In this document: one piece after another, positions 1 to 10,705 of the stretch
Layout: every line of letters starts with the position of its first letter
Position numbering within the stretch: the first letter of the stretch is position 1
Translations under genes and position numbers: made by a program
Source: the human T2T-CHM13v2.0 reference genome, Homo sapiens
Reading direction: 5' to 3' (one strand)
DNA length: 64,000 bases
Assembly (NCBI RefSeq): GCF_009914755.1
Contig: NC_060948.1
The notes under the pieces: generated by a model
The model's database searches: none
Seen by the model: only the letters and a program-made list of their open reading frames with translations
Told to the model about the DNA's origin: nothing

Positions 1-626
1 TGGACTAGAGTGAAATGGAATCGAACCACAAGGAATGGACAGGAATAGAATGGTCTCGAATTGAATGGAATCGTATGGAATGGCATCAAACGGAATGGAA
101 TGGACAGCCACGGAATGGAATGCACTCGAATGCAATGGAGTCGAAACTAATGGACTGGAATAGAATGGACTCGACTGGTACGGACTCCAATGGAATGGAA
201 TCGAATGGAAGGGAATCGAACGGAATGGACTCGAAGGGAAAAGACTGCAATGGAAAGGTCTCGAATGGAATGGAAATTAATGGAATGGAATGGAATCGAA
301 TGAAATGGAGTCAAAAGGAATGGAATCGAATGGCAAGAAATCGAATGTAATGGAATCGCAAGGAATTGATGTGAACGGAACGGAATGGAATGGAATCCAA
401 AGGAATGGAATAGAATGGAATGGAATCGAATGGAAAGGACTCGAATGGAAATCACTCGAATAGAATGCAATTTAATAAAATAGGATCAAATGTAATGGAA
501 TGGAATGGAAAGGAATCGAAACGAAAGGAATGGAGACAGATGGAATGGAATGGAACAGAGAGCAATGGTATAGAATGGAATGGAATCATCTGGAATGGAA
601 TTGAATGGAATGGAATAATATGAAAT

Positions 627-651
627 GGAATGGAATGGAATGGAATGGAAT
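627..651 (+). repeat. Variable pure (GGAAT)n tract A
   Basis: 5 copies in unit 1 and most units, 6 in unit 9, 7 in units 2/3/6 and 10 in unit 7. Confidence 0.85.
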
Positions 652-942
652 GCCCTTGAATTAAATGGACTGGAATGGAATGGACTCGAACAGAGTGGAA
701 TGGAAAGTGTTGAGATAGAATGGAATGGACTCCTTTGGAATGGTGTAGTATGCAATGCAATCGACTGGCAGGGAATCAAAAGGAATGTAATGGAATGGAT
801 TGGACTGGAATGCAATGGACTCGAATAGATTGGAAACGGAATGCAAAGGAATGGAATGGAATAGTATGGAATGGAATGGAAAGGAATGGAGTGGAATAGA
901 CTAGAGTGGAATGGAATGGACTGGAAAGCAATGGACTGGAAT

Positions 943-957
943 GGAACTTTCTTGAAT
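943..957. promoter_or_regulatory. Consensus heat-shock element (HSE-1 of the unit), gGAAc tTTCt tGAAt
   Basis: Exact match to nGAAnnTTCnnGAAn; recurs in units 1-18. Motif match only; binding is not shown. Confidence 0.5.
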
Positions 958-2420
958 GGACTGGAATCAAACGGAATGGAATGCAATGCAATCAAATGGC
1001 ATGGAATAAAATAGAATGAAAGAGAATCAAATGGAATTGAATCGAATGGAATCGAATGGATTGGAAAGGAATAGAATGGAATGGAATGGAATTGACTCGA
1101 ATGGAATGGACTAGAATGGAATGGATTCGAATGGAAGGCAAAGGAATGGAATCTATTGGAATGGACTGTAATGGAATGGAATGGAAAGGATTGGAATGGA
1201 CTCGAATGGAATGGACTGCAATAGAAAGGATTCGAATGGAATGAAAAAGAATTGAATGGAATAGAACAGAATGGAATCAAATCGAATGAAATGGAATGGA
1301 ATAGAAAGGAATGGAATGAAATGGAATGGAAAGGATTCGAATGGAATGCAATCGAATGGAATGGAATCGAACGGAATGGAATAAAATGGAAGAAAACTGG
1401 CAAGAAATGGAATCGAAATGAATGGAGTGTTATGGAACGGACTCAAAAGGAATTGAATGTAATAGAATGGAGTGGAGTGGACTCGAATATAATGGAATGG
1501 AATGGAATGAAATCACAAGGAATGGGAACGAATGGAATGGAATGGAAAGGAATGGAATCGAATGGAAAGGAATCGAATGGAAGGGAATGAAATTGAATCA
1601 ACAGGAATGGAAGGGAATAGAATAGACGGTAATGGAATGGACTCGAATAGAATGGACACGAATGCTCAAATTGAATGGACTCGAATGGAATGGAAACGAA
1701 AGGAATGTCATCGAATGGAATTGAATGGATTGGAATGAAATCGCATAGAATGGAGTGGAATCAAATGGAATTGAATCGAAAGGAAAGGAAGCGAATGGAC
1801 TGAAATGAAATGGAATGGAATTGAATGGAAAGTAATGCAATGGAATAGAATGGAACGAAATTTCACGGAATGGAATCAAACTGAATGGAATCAAATCAAT
1901 GGAATCAAATCAAATGGAATGGAAAGGAATTGAATGGAGTAGATTGGATTGGATGGGATTGGAATGAAATGTACTGGAAAGGACTCGAATTTCATGAAAC
2001 GGAATGGAATGAATTGGAACGGAATGGACTCGAATGGAATGGAATGTCATGGAATGGCATCAAATGGAATGGCATCAAATGGAATGGAATCGAATGCAAT
2101 GGAATGCTATGGAATGGAATGGAATGCATTGGAATGGAATGTCCTCTAATGGAATGGATTCGAGTGGAATGGAATCGAATATAATGGAGTCGAATGAAAT
2201 GGAATTGAAAGGAGTGGGATCGAATACAATGGAATATACTGGAATGTAATGTAATGAACTCGAATGTAATTGACTGGAATGGAATGTACATGAATGGAAT
2301 GTAATCGAATGGAAAGTAATCCAATGGAATAGAATCTAATGCAATAAAACCGACTCAGATAGAGTAGAATGTAATGGAATGGAGTGCAGTGCAATGGAAT
2401 GGAATGGAATGGAAGGCAAT

Positions 2421-2460
2421 GGAATGGAATGGAATGGAATGGAATGGAATGGAATGGAAT
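2421..2460 (+). repeat. Variable pure (GGAAT)n tract B
   Basis: 8 copies in unit 1, 6 in unit 8, 7 in unit 17 and 10 in unit 13; also the left breakpoint of the unit-6 deletion. Confidence 0.85.
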
Positions 2461-2786
2461 GGGATGGAATGGGATGGAATGGATAGTAATGGACTGGAGT
2501 GAAATGGACTGGAAAGGAATGGACTCAAATTGAAAGGGCTCGAAAGGAATGGAGTCAAATGGAATGGTCTGGAATGGAATGAACACGAATGTAATGCAAT
2601 CCAATAGAATGGAATCGAATGGCATGGAATATAAAGAAATGGAATCGAAGAGAATGGAAACAAATGGAATGGAATTGAATGGAATGGAATTGAATGGAAT
2701 GGGAACGAATGGAGTGAAATTGTATGCAGTAGAAGGGAATAGAATGGAATGCAAGCGAAAGGAAAGGAATGGATTGGAATGGAATG

Positions 2787-2830
2787 GAATTCATTGGAAT
2801 GGAAGGGAATGTAGTGTAATGGACAGGCCT
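2787..2830. other. Diagnostic once-per-unit EcoRI (2787-2792) and HaeIII/StuI (2825-2830) sites
   Basis: GAATTC and AGGCCT read directly. They recur in each unit except deleted unit 6 and are consistent with the classical male-specific ~3.4-3.6-kb HaeIII/EcoRI band. Confidence 0.9.
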
Positions 2831-3200
2831 GGAATAAAGTGGAATGCTACGGTCTCGAATGGAATAAAAATGTATGGAATGGAATGCAATGAAACGGAAT
2901 CGAATGTCATAGAATGTAATGGAATGCAAAAAAATGGAATCCTAAATCATTGACTGGAAAGGCTGGGTGTCGAAAGGAATTGACTCCAATGGAATGGAAT
3001 CGAATGGAATGGAAGTGAATAGAATCGAACTAAATCGAATGGAATGGAATTGATAGGAACGGAATGGAAAGGAATGCAATGAATTGGCATGGAATGGAAT
3101 CGAATGGCATCGAATGGAATGGAATGGAATGCAATGGAATGGAATGTATTAGAATGTAATGAACTTTAATGGAATGTACTCGAATGGATTCGACTGGAAT

Positions 3201-3215
3201 GGAATGTTCTGGAAG
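3201..3215. promoter_or_regulatory. Consensus heat-shock element (HSE-2), gGAAt gTTCt gGAAg
   Basis: Exact match to nGAAnnTTCnnGAAn; deleted in unit 6 and mutated (GTTGT, 48563) in unit 14. Motif match only. Confidence 0.5.
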
Positions 3216-3480
3216 TGAATGGACTCCAATGGAATGGATTCAAAAGGAATGGAATCGTACGGAATGGAATCTAATGGAATGGAATTAAATGGAAATGAAT
3301 CAAATTGAATAGCACGGAATTGAATTGAATGGAATGGAATGCAATGGAATCTAATGAAACGGAAAGGAAAGGAATGGAATGGAATGGAAAGGGCTGGAAT
3401 GGAAAGGAATCGAAACGAATGGAATGGAATCGAACTGAAGAGACTGGAATGGAATGCACTGGAATGGAAGGGAGTGTAAT

Positions 3481-3495
3481 GGAAGGTTCTCGAAA
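3481..3495. promoter_or_regulatory. Consensus heat-shock element (HSE-3), gGAAg gTTCt cGAAa
   Basis: Exact match to nGAAnnTTCnnGAAn; recurs in units 1-18. Motif match only. Confidence 0.5.
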
Positions 3496-3564
3496 AAAAT
3501 GGAATCGAATGGAATGGAATTGAATGGAACGGAATAGAGTCGAATGGAATTGAATGGAATGGAA

Positions 3565-6500
3565 TGGACTAGAGTGAAATGGAATCGAACCACAAGGAAT
3601 GGACAGGAATAGAATGGTCTCGAATTGAATGGAATCGTATGGAATGGCATCAAACGGAATGGAATGGACAGCCACGGAATGGAATGCACTCGAATGCAAT
3701 GGAGTCGAAACTAATGGACTGGAATAGAATGGACTCGACTGGTACGGACTCCAATGGAATGGAATCGAATGGAAGGGAATCGAACGGAATGGACTCGAAG
3801 GGAAAAGACTGCAATGGAAAGGTCTCGAATGGAATGGAAATTAATGGAATGGAATGGAATCGAATGAAATGGAGTCAAAAGGAATGGAATCGAATGGCAA
3901 GAAATCGAATGTAATGGAATCGCAAGGAATTGATGTGAACGGAACGGAATGGAATGGAATCCAAAGGAATGGAATAGAATGGAATGGAATCGAATGGAAA
4001 GGACTCGAATGGAAATCACTCGAATAGAATGCAATTTAATAAAATAGGATCAAATGTAATGGAATGGAATGGAAAGGAATCGAAACGAAAGGAATGGAGA
4101 CAGATGGAATGGAATGGAACAGAGAGCAATGGTATAGAATGGAATGGAATCATCTGGAATGGAATTGAATGGAATGGAATAATATGAAATGGAATGGAAT
4201 GGAATGGAATGGAATGGAATGGAATGCCCTTGAATTAAATGGACTGGAATGGAATGGACTCGAACAGAGTGGAATGGAAAGTGTTGAGATAGAATGGAAT
4301 GGACTCGTTTGGAATGGTCTAGTATGCAATGCAATCGACTGGCAGGGAATCAAAAGGAATGTAATCGAATGGATTGGACTGGAATGCAGTGGACTCGAAT
4401 AGATTGGAAACGGAATGCAAAGGAATGGAATGGAATAGTATGGAATGGAATGGAAAGGAATGGAGTGGAATAGACTAGAGTGGAATGGAATGGACTGGAA
4501 AGCAATGGACTGGAATGGAACTTTCTTGAATGGACTGGAATCAAACGGAATGGAATGCAATGCAATCAAATGGCATGGAATAAAATAGAATGAAAGAGAA
4601 TCAAATGGAATTGAATCGAATGGAATCGAATGGATTGGAAAGGAATAGAATGGAATGGAATGGAATTGACTCAAATGGAATGGACTAGAATGGAATGGAT
4701 TCGAATGGAAGGCAAAGGAATGGAATCTATTGGAATGGACTGTAATGGAATGGAATGGAAGGGATTGGAATGGACTCGAATGGAATGGACTGCAATAGAA
4801 AGGATTCGAATGGAATGAAAAAGAATTGAATGGAATAGAACAGAATGGAATCAAATCGAATGAAATGGAATGGAATAGAAAGGAATGGAATGAAATGGAA
4901 TGGAAAGGATTCGAATGGAATGCAATCGAATGGAATGGAATCGAACGGAATGGAATAAAATGGAAGAAAACTGGCAAGAAATGGAATCGAAATGAATGGA
5001 GTGTTATGGAACGGACTCAAAAGGAATTGAATGTAATAGAATGGAGTGGAGTGGACTCGAATATAATGGACTGGAATGGAATGAAATCACATGGAATGGG
5101 AACGAATGGAATGGAATGGAAAGGAATGGAATCGAATGGAAAGGAATCGAATGGAAGGGAATGAAATTGAATCAACAGGAATGGAAGGGAATAGAATAGA
5201 CGGTAATGGAATGGACTCGAATAGAATGGACACGAATGCTCAAATTGAATGGACTCCAATGGAATGGAAACGAAAGGAATGTCATCGAATAGAATTGAAT
5301 CGATTGTAATGAAATCGCAAGAATGGAGTGGAATCAAATGGAATTGAATCGAAAGGAAAGGAAGCGAATGGACTGAAATGAAATGGAATGGAATTGAATG
5401 GAAAGTAATGCAATGGAATAGAATGGAACGAAATTTCACGGAATGGAATCAAACTGAAAGGAATCAAATCAATGGAATCTAATCAAATGGAATGGAAGGG
5501 AATTGAATGGAGTAGATTGGATTGGATGGGATTGGAGTGAAATGTACTGGAAAGGACTCGAATTTCATGAAACGGAATGGAATGAATTGGAACGGAATGG
5601 ACTCGAATGGAATGGAATGTCATGGAATGGCATCAAATGGAATGGCATCAAATGGAATGGAATCGAATGCAATGGAATGCTATGGAATGGAATGGAATGC
5701 ATTGGAATGGAATGTCCTCTAATGGAATGGATTCGAGTGGAATGGAATCGAATATAATGGAGTCGAATGAAATGGAATTGAAAGGAATGGGATCGAATAC
5801 AATGGAATATGCTGGAATGTAATGTAATGAACTCGAATGTAATTGACTGGAATGGAATGTACATGAATGGAATGTAATCGAATGGAAAGTAATCCAATGG
5901 AATAGAATCTAATGCAATAAAACCGACTCAGATAGAGTAGAATGTAATGGAATGGAGTGCAGTGCAATGGAATGGAATGGAATGGAAGGCAATGGAATGG
6001 AATGGAATGGAATGGAATGGAATGGAATGGAATGGAATGGGATGGAATGGGATGGAATGGATAGTAATGGACTGGAGTGAAATGGACTGGAAAGGAATGG
6101 ACTCAAATTGAAAGGGCTCGAAAGGAATGGAGTCAAATGGAATGGTCTGGAATGGAATGAACACGAATGTAATGCAATCCAATAGAATGGAATCGAATGG
6201 CATGGAATATAAAGAAATGGAATCGAAGAGAATGGAAACAAATGGAATGGAATTGAATGGAATGGAATTGAATGGAATGGGAACGAATGGAGTGAAATTG
6301 TATGCAGTAGAAGGGAATAGAATGGAATGCAAGCGAAAGGAAAGGAATGGATTGGAATGGAATGGAATTCATTGGAATGGAAGGGAATGTAGTGTAATGG
6401 ACAGGCCTGGAATAAAGTGGAATGCTACGGTCTCGAATGGAATAAAAATGTATGGAATGGAATGCAATGAAACGGAATCGAATGTCATAGAATGTAATGG

Positions 6501-7142
6501 AATGCAAAAAAATGGAATCCTAAATCATTGACTGGAAAGGCTGGGTGTCGAAAGGAATTGACTCCAATGGAATGGAATCGAATGGAATGGAAGTGAATAG
6601 AATCGAACTAAATCGAATGGAATGGAATTGATAGGAACGGAATGGAAAGGAATGCAATGATTTGGCATGGAATGGAATCGAATGGCATCGAATGGAATGG
6701 AATGGAATGCAATGGAATGGAATGTATTAGAATGTAATGAACTTTAATGGAATGTACTCGAATGGATTCGACTGGAATGGAATGTTCTGGAAGTGAATGG
6801 ACTCCAATGGAATGGATTCAAAAGGAATGGAATCGTACGGAATGGAATCTAATGGAATGGAATTAAATGGAAATGAATCAAATTGAATAGCACGGAATTG
6901 AATTGAATGGAATGGAATGCAATGGAATCTAATGAAACGGAAAGGAAAGGAATGGAATGGAATGGAAAGGGCTGGAATGGAAAGGAATCGAAACGAATGG
7001 AATGGAATCGAACTGAAGAGACTGGAATGGAATGCACTGGAATGGAAGGGAGTGTAATGGAAGGTTCTCGAAAAAAATGGAATCGAATGGAATGGAATTG
7101 AATGGAACGGAATAGAGTCGAATGGAATTGAATGGAATGGAA
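3565..7142 (+). repeat. DYZ1 unit 2 (3578 bp; B-type middle, unit-1-type 3' part)
   Basis: Marker spacing 3579 to 7157; 1-bp deletion ATCGCAAGAATGG; longer GGAAT tracts. Confidence 0.93.
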
Positions 7143-10100
7143 TGGACTAGAGTGAAATGGAATCGAACCACAAGGAATGGACAGGAATAGAATGGTCTCG
7201 AATTGAATGGAATCGTATGGAATGGCATCAAACGGAATGGAATGGACAGCCACGGAATGGAATGCACTCGAATGCAATGGAGTCGAAACTAATGGACTGG
7301 AATAGAATGGACTCGACTGGTACGGACTCCAATGGAATGGAATCGAATGGAAGGGAATCGAACGGAATGGACTCGAAGGGAAAAGACTGCAATGGAAAGG
7401 TCTCGAATGGAATGGAAATTAATGGAATGGAATGGAATCGAATGAAATGGAGTCAAAAGGAATGGAATCGAATGGCAAGAAATCGAATGTAATGGAATCG
7501 CAAGGAATTGATGTGAACGGAACGGAATGGAATGGAATCCAAAGGAATGGAATAGAATGGAATGGAATCGAATTTAAAGGACTCGAATGGAAATCACTCG
7601 AATAGAATGCAATTTAATAAAATAGGATCAAATGTAATGGAATGGAATGGAAAGGAATCGAAACGAAAGGAATGGAGACAGATGGAATGGAATGGAACAG
7701 AGAGCAATGGTATAGAATGGAATGGAATCATCTGGAATGGAATTGAATGGAATGGAATAATATGAAATGGAATGGAATGGAATGGAATGGAATGGAATGG
7801 AATGCCCTTGAATTAAATGGACTGGAATGGAATGGACTCGAACAGAGTGGAATGGAAAGTGTTGAGATAGAATGCAATGGACTCCTTCGGAATGGTCTAG
7901 TATGCAATGCAATCGACTGGCAGGGAATCAAAAGGAATGTAATCGAATGGATTGGACTGGAATGCAGTGGACTCGAATAGATTGGAAACGGAATGCAAAG
8001 GAATGGAATGGAATAGTATGGAATGGAATGGAAAGGAATGGAGTGGAATAGACTAGAGTGGAATGGAATGGACTGGAAAGCAATGGACTGGAATGGAACT
8101 TTCTTGAATGGACTGGAATCAAACGGAATGGAATGCAATGCAATCAAATGGCATGGAATAAAATAGAATGAAAGAGAATCAAATGGAATTGAATCGAATG
8201 GAATCGAATGGATTGGAAAGGAATAGAATGGAATGGAATGGAATTGACTCAAATGGAATGGACTAGAATGGAATGGATTCGAATGGAAGGCAAAGGAATG
8301 GAATCTATTGGAATGGACTGTAATGGAATGGAATGGAAGGGATTGGAATGGACTCGAATGGAATGGACTGCAATAGAAAGGATTCGAATGGAATGAAAAA
8401 GAATTGAATGGAATAGAACAGAATGGAATCAAATCGAATGAAATGGAATGGAATAGAAAGGAATGGAATGAAATGGAATGGAAAGGATTCGAATGGAATG
8501 CAATCGAATGGAATGGAATCGAACGGAATGGAATAAAATGGAAGAAAACTGGCAAGAAATGGAATCGAAATGAATGGAGTGTTATGGAACGGACTCAAAA
8601 GGAATTGAATGTAATAGAATGGAGTGGAGTGGACTCGAATATAATGGACTGGAATGGAATGAAATCACATGGAATGGGAACGAATGGAATGGAATGGAAA
8701 GGAATGGAATCGAATGGAAAGGAATCGAATGGAAGGGAATGAAATTGAATCAACAGGAATGGAAGGGAATAGAATAGACGGTAATGGAATGGACTCGAAT
8801 AGAATGGACACGAATGCTCAAATTGAATGGACTCCAATGGAATGGAAACGAAAGGAATGTCATCGAATAGAATTGAATCGATTGTAATGAAATCGCAAGA
8901 ATGGAGTGGAATCAAATGGAATTGAATCGAAAGGAAAGGAAGCGAATGGACTGAAATGAAATGGAATGGAATTGAATGGAAAGTAATGCAATGGAATAGA
9001 ATGGAACGAAATTTCACGGAATGGAATCAAACTGAAAGGAATCAAATCAATGGAATCTAATCAAATGGAATGGAAGGGAATTGAATGGAGTAGATTGGAT
9101 TGGATGGGATTGGAGTGAAATGTACTGGAAAGGACTCGAATTTCATGAAACGGAATGGAATGAATTGGAACGGAATGGACTCGAATGGAATGGAATGTCA
9201 TGGAATGGCATCAAATGGAATGGCATCAAATGGAATGGAATCGAATGCAATGGAATGCTATGGAATGGAATGGAATGCATTGGAATGGAATGTCCTCTAA
9301 TGGAATGGATTCGAGTGGAATGGAATCGAATATAATGGAGTCGAATGAAATGGAATTGAAAGGAATGGGATCGAATACAATGGAATATGCTGGAATGTAA
9401 TGTAATGAACTCGAATGTAATTGACTGGAATGGAATGTACATGAATGGAATGTAATCGAATGGAAAGTAATCCAATGGAATAGAATCTAATGCAATAAAA
9501 TCGACTCAGATAGAGTAGAATGTAATGGAATGGAGTGCAGTACAATGGAATGGAATGGAATGCAATGGAATGGAATGGAATGGAATGGAATGGAATGGAA
9601 TGGAATGGGATGGAATGGGATGGAATGGTATGGAATGGATAGTAATGGACTGGAGTGAAATGGACTGGAAAGGAATGGACTCAAATTGAAAGGGCTCGAA
9701 AGGAATGGAGTCAAATGGAATGGTCTGGAATGGAATGAACACGAATGTAATGCAATCCAATAGAATGGAATCGAATGGCATGGAATATAAAGAAATGGAA
9801 TCGAAGAGAATGGAAACAAATGGAATGGAATTGAATGGAATGGAATTGAATGGAATGGGAACGAATGGAGTGAAATTGTATGCAGTAGAAGGGAATAGAA
9901 TGGAATGCAAGCGAAAGGAAAGGAATGGATTGGAATGGAATGGAATTCATTGGAATGGAAGGGAATGTAGTGTAATGGACAGGCCTGGAATAAAGTGGAA
10001 TGCTACGGTCTCGAATGGAATAAAAATGTATGGAATGGAATGCAATGAAACGGAATCGAATGTCATAGAATGTAATGGAATGCAAAAAAATGGAATCCAA

Positions 10101-10705
10101 AATCATTGACTGGAAAGGCTGGGTGTCGAAAGGAATTGACTCCAATGGAATGGAATCGAATGGAATGGAAGTGAATAGAATCGAACTAAATCGAATGGAA
10201 TGGAATTGATAGGAACGGAATGGAAAGGAATGCAATGATTTGGCATGGAATGGAATCGAATGGCATCGAATGGAATGGAATGGAATGCAATGGAATGGAA
10301 TGTATTAGAATGTAATGAACTTTAATGGAATGTACTCGAATGGATTCGACTGGAATGGAATGTTCTGGAAGTGAATGGACTCCAATGGAATGGATTCAAA
10401 AGGAATGGAATCGGACGGAATGGAATTAAATGGAAATGAATCAAATTGAATAGCACGGAATTGAATTGAATGGAATGGAATGCAATGGAATCTAATGAAA
10501 CGGAAAGGAAAGGAATGGAATGGAATGGAATGGGCTGGAATGGAAAGGAATCGAAACGAATGGAATGGAATCGAACTGAAGAGACTGGAATGGAATGCAC
10601 TGGAATGGAAGAGAGTGTAATGGAAGGTTCTCGAAAAAAATGGAATCGAATGGAATGGAATTGAATGGAACGGAATAGAGTCGAATGGAATTGAATGGAA
10701 TGGAA
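7143..10705 (+). repeat. DYZ1 unit 3 (3563 bp; B-type)
   Basis: Marker spacing 7157 to 10720; private 15-bp deletion near 10415. Confidence 0.93.

Larger units (their letters stand above)
1..3564 (+). repeat. DYZ1 unit 1 (3564 bp, used as reference)
   Basis: TGGACTAGAGTG at 1 and 3565; marker ORF starts at 15 and 3579. The phase of the unit boundary is arbitrary. Confidence 0.95.

Noticed and set aside
474-2868. About six AATAAA hexamers per unit on the + strand
   Set aside because: They arise readily from NNAAT followed by an AAA-starting pentamer, and no transcript end can be inferred from sequence alone.
2951-2975. Atypical G-rich word GGCTGGGTGTCG resembling the start of an Alu (GGCCGGGCGCGG/GGCTGGGTG)
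   Set aside because: The similarity is only ~9 bp, it stays in pentamer register, and no further Alu sequence follows.
1-3564. Reported testis-expressed Yq12/DYZ1 non-coding transcripts
   Set aside because: These are known for the family, but no boundaries or source copy can be assigned from this sequence, so no ncRNA is annotated.
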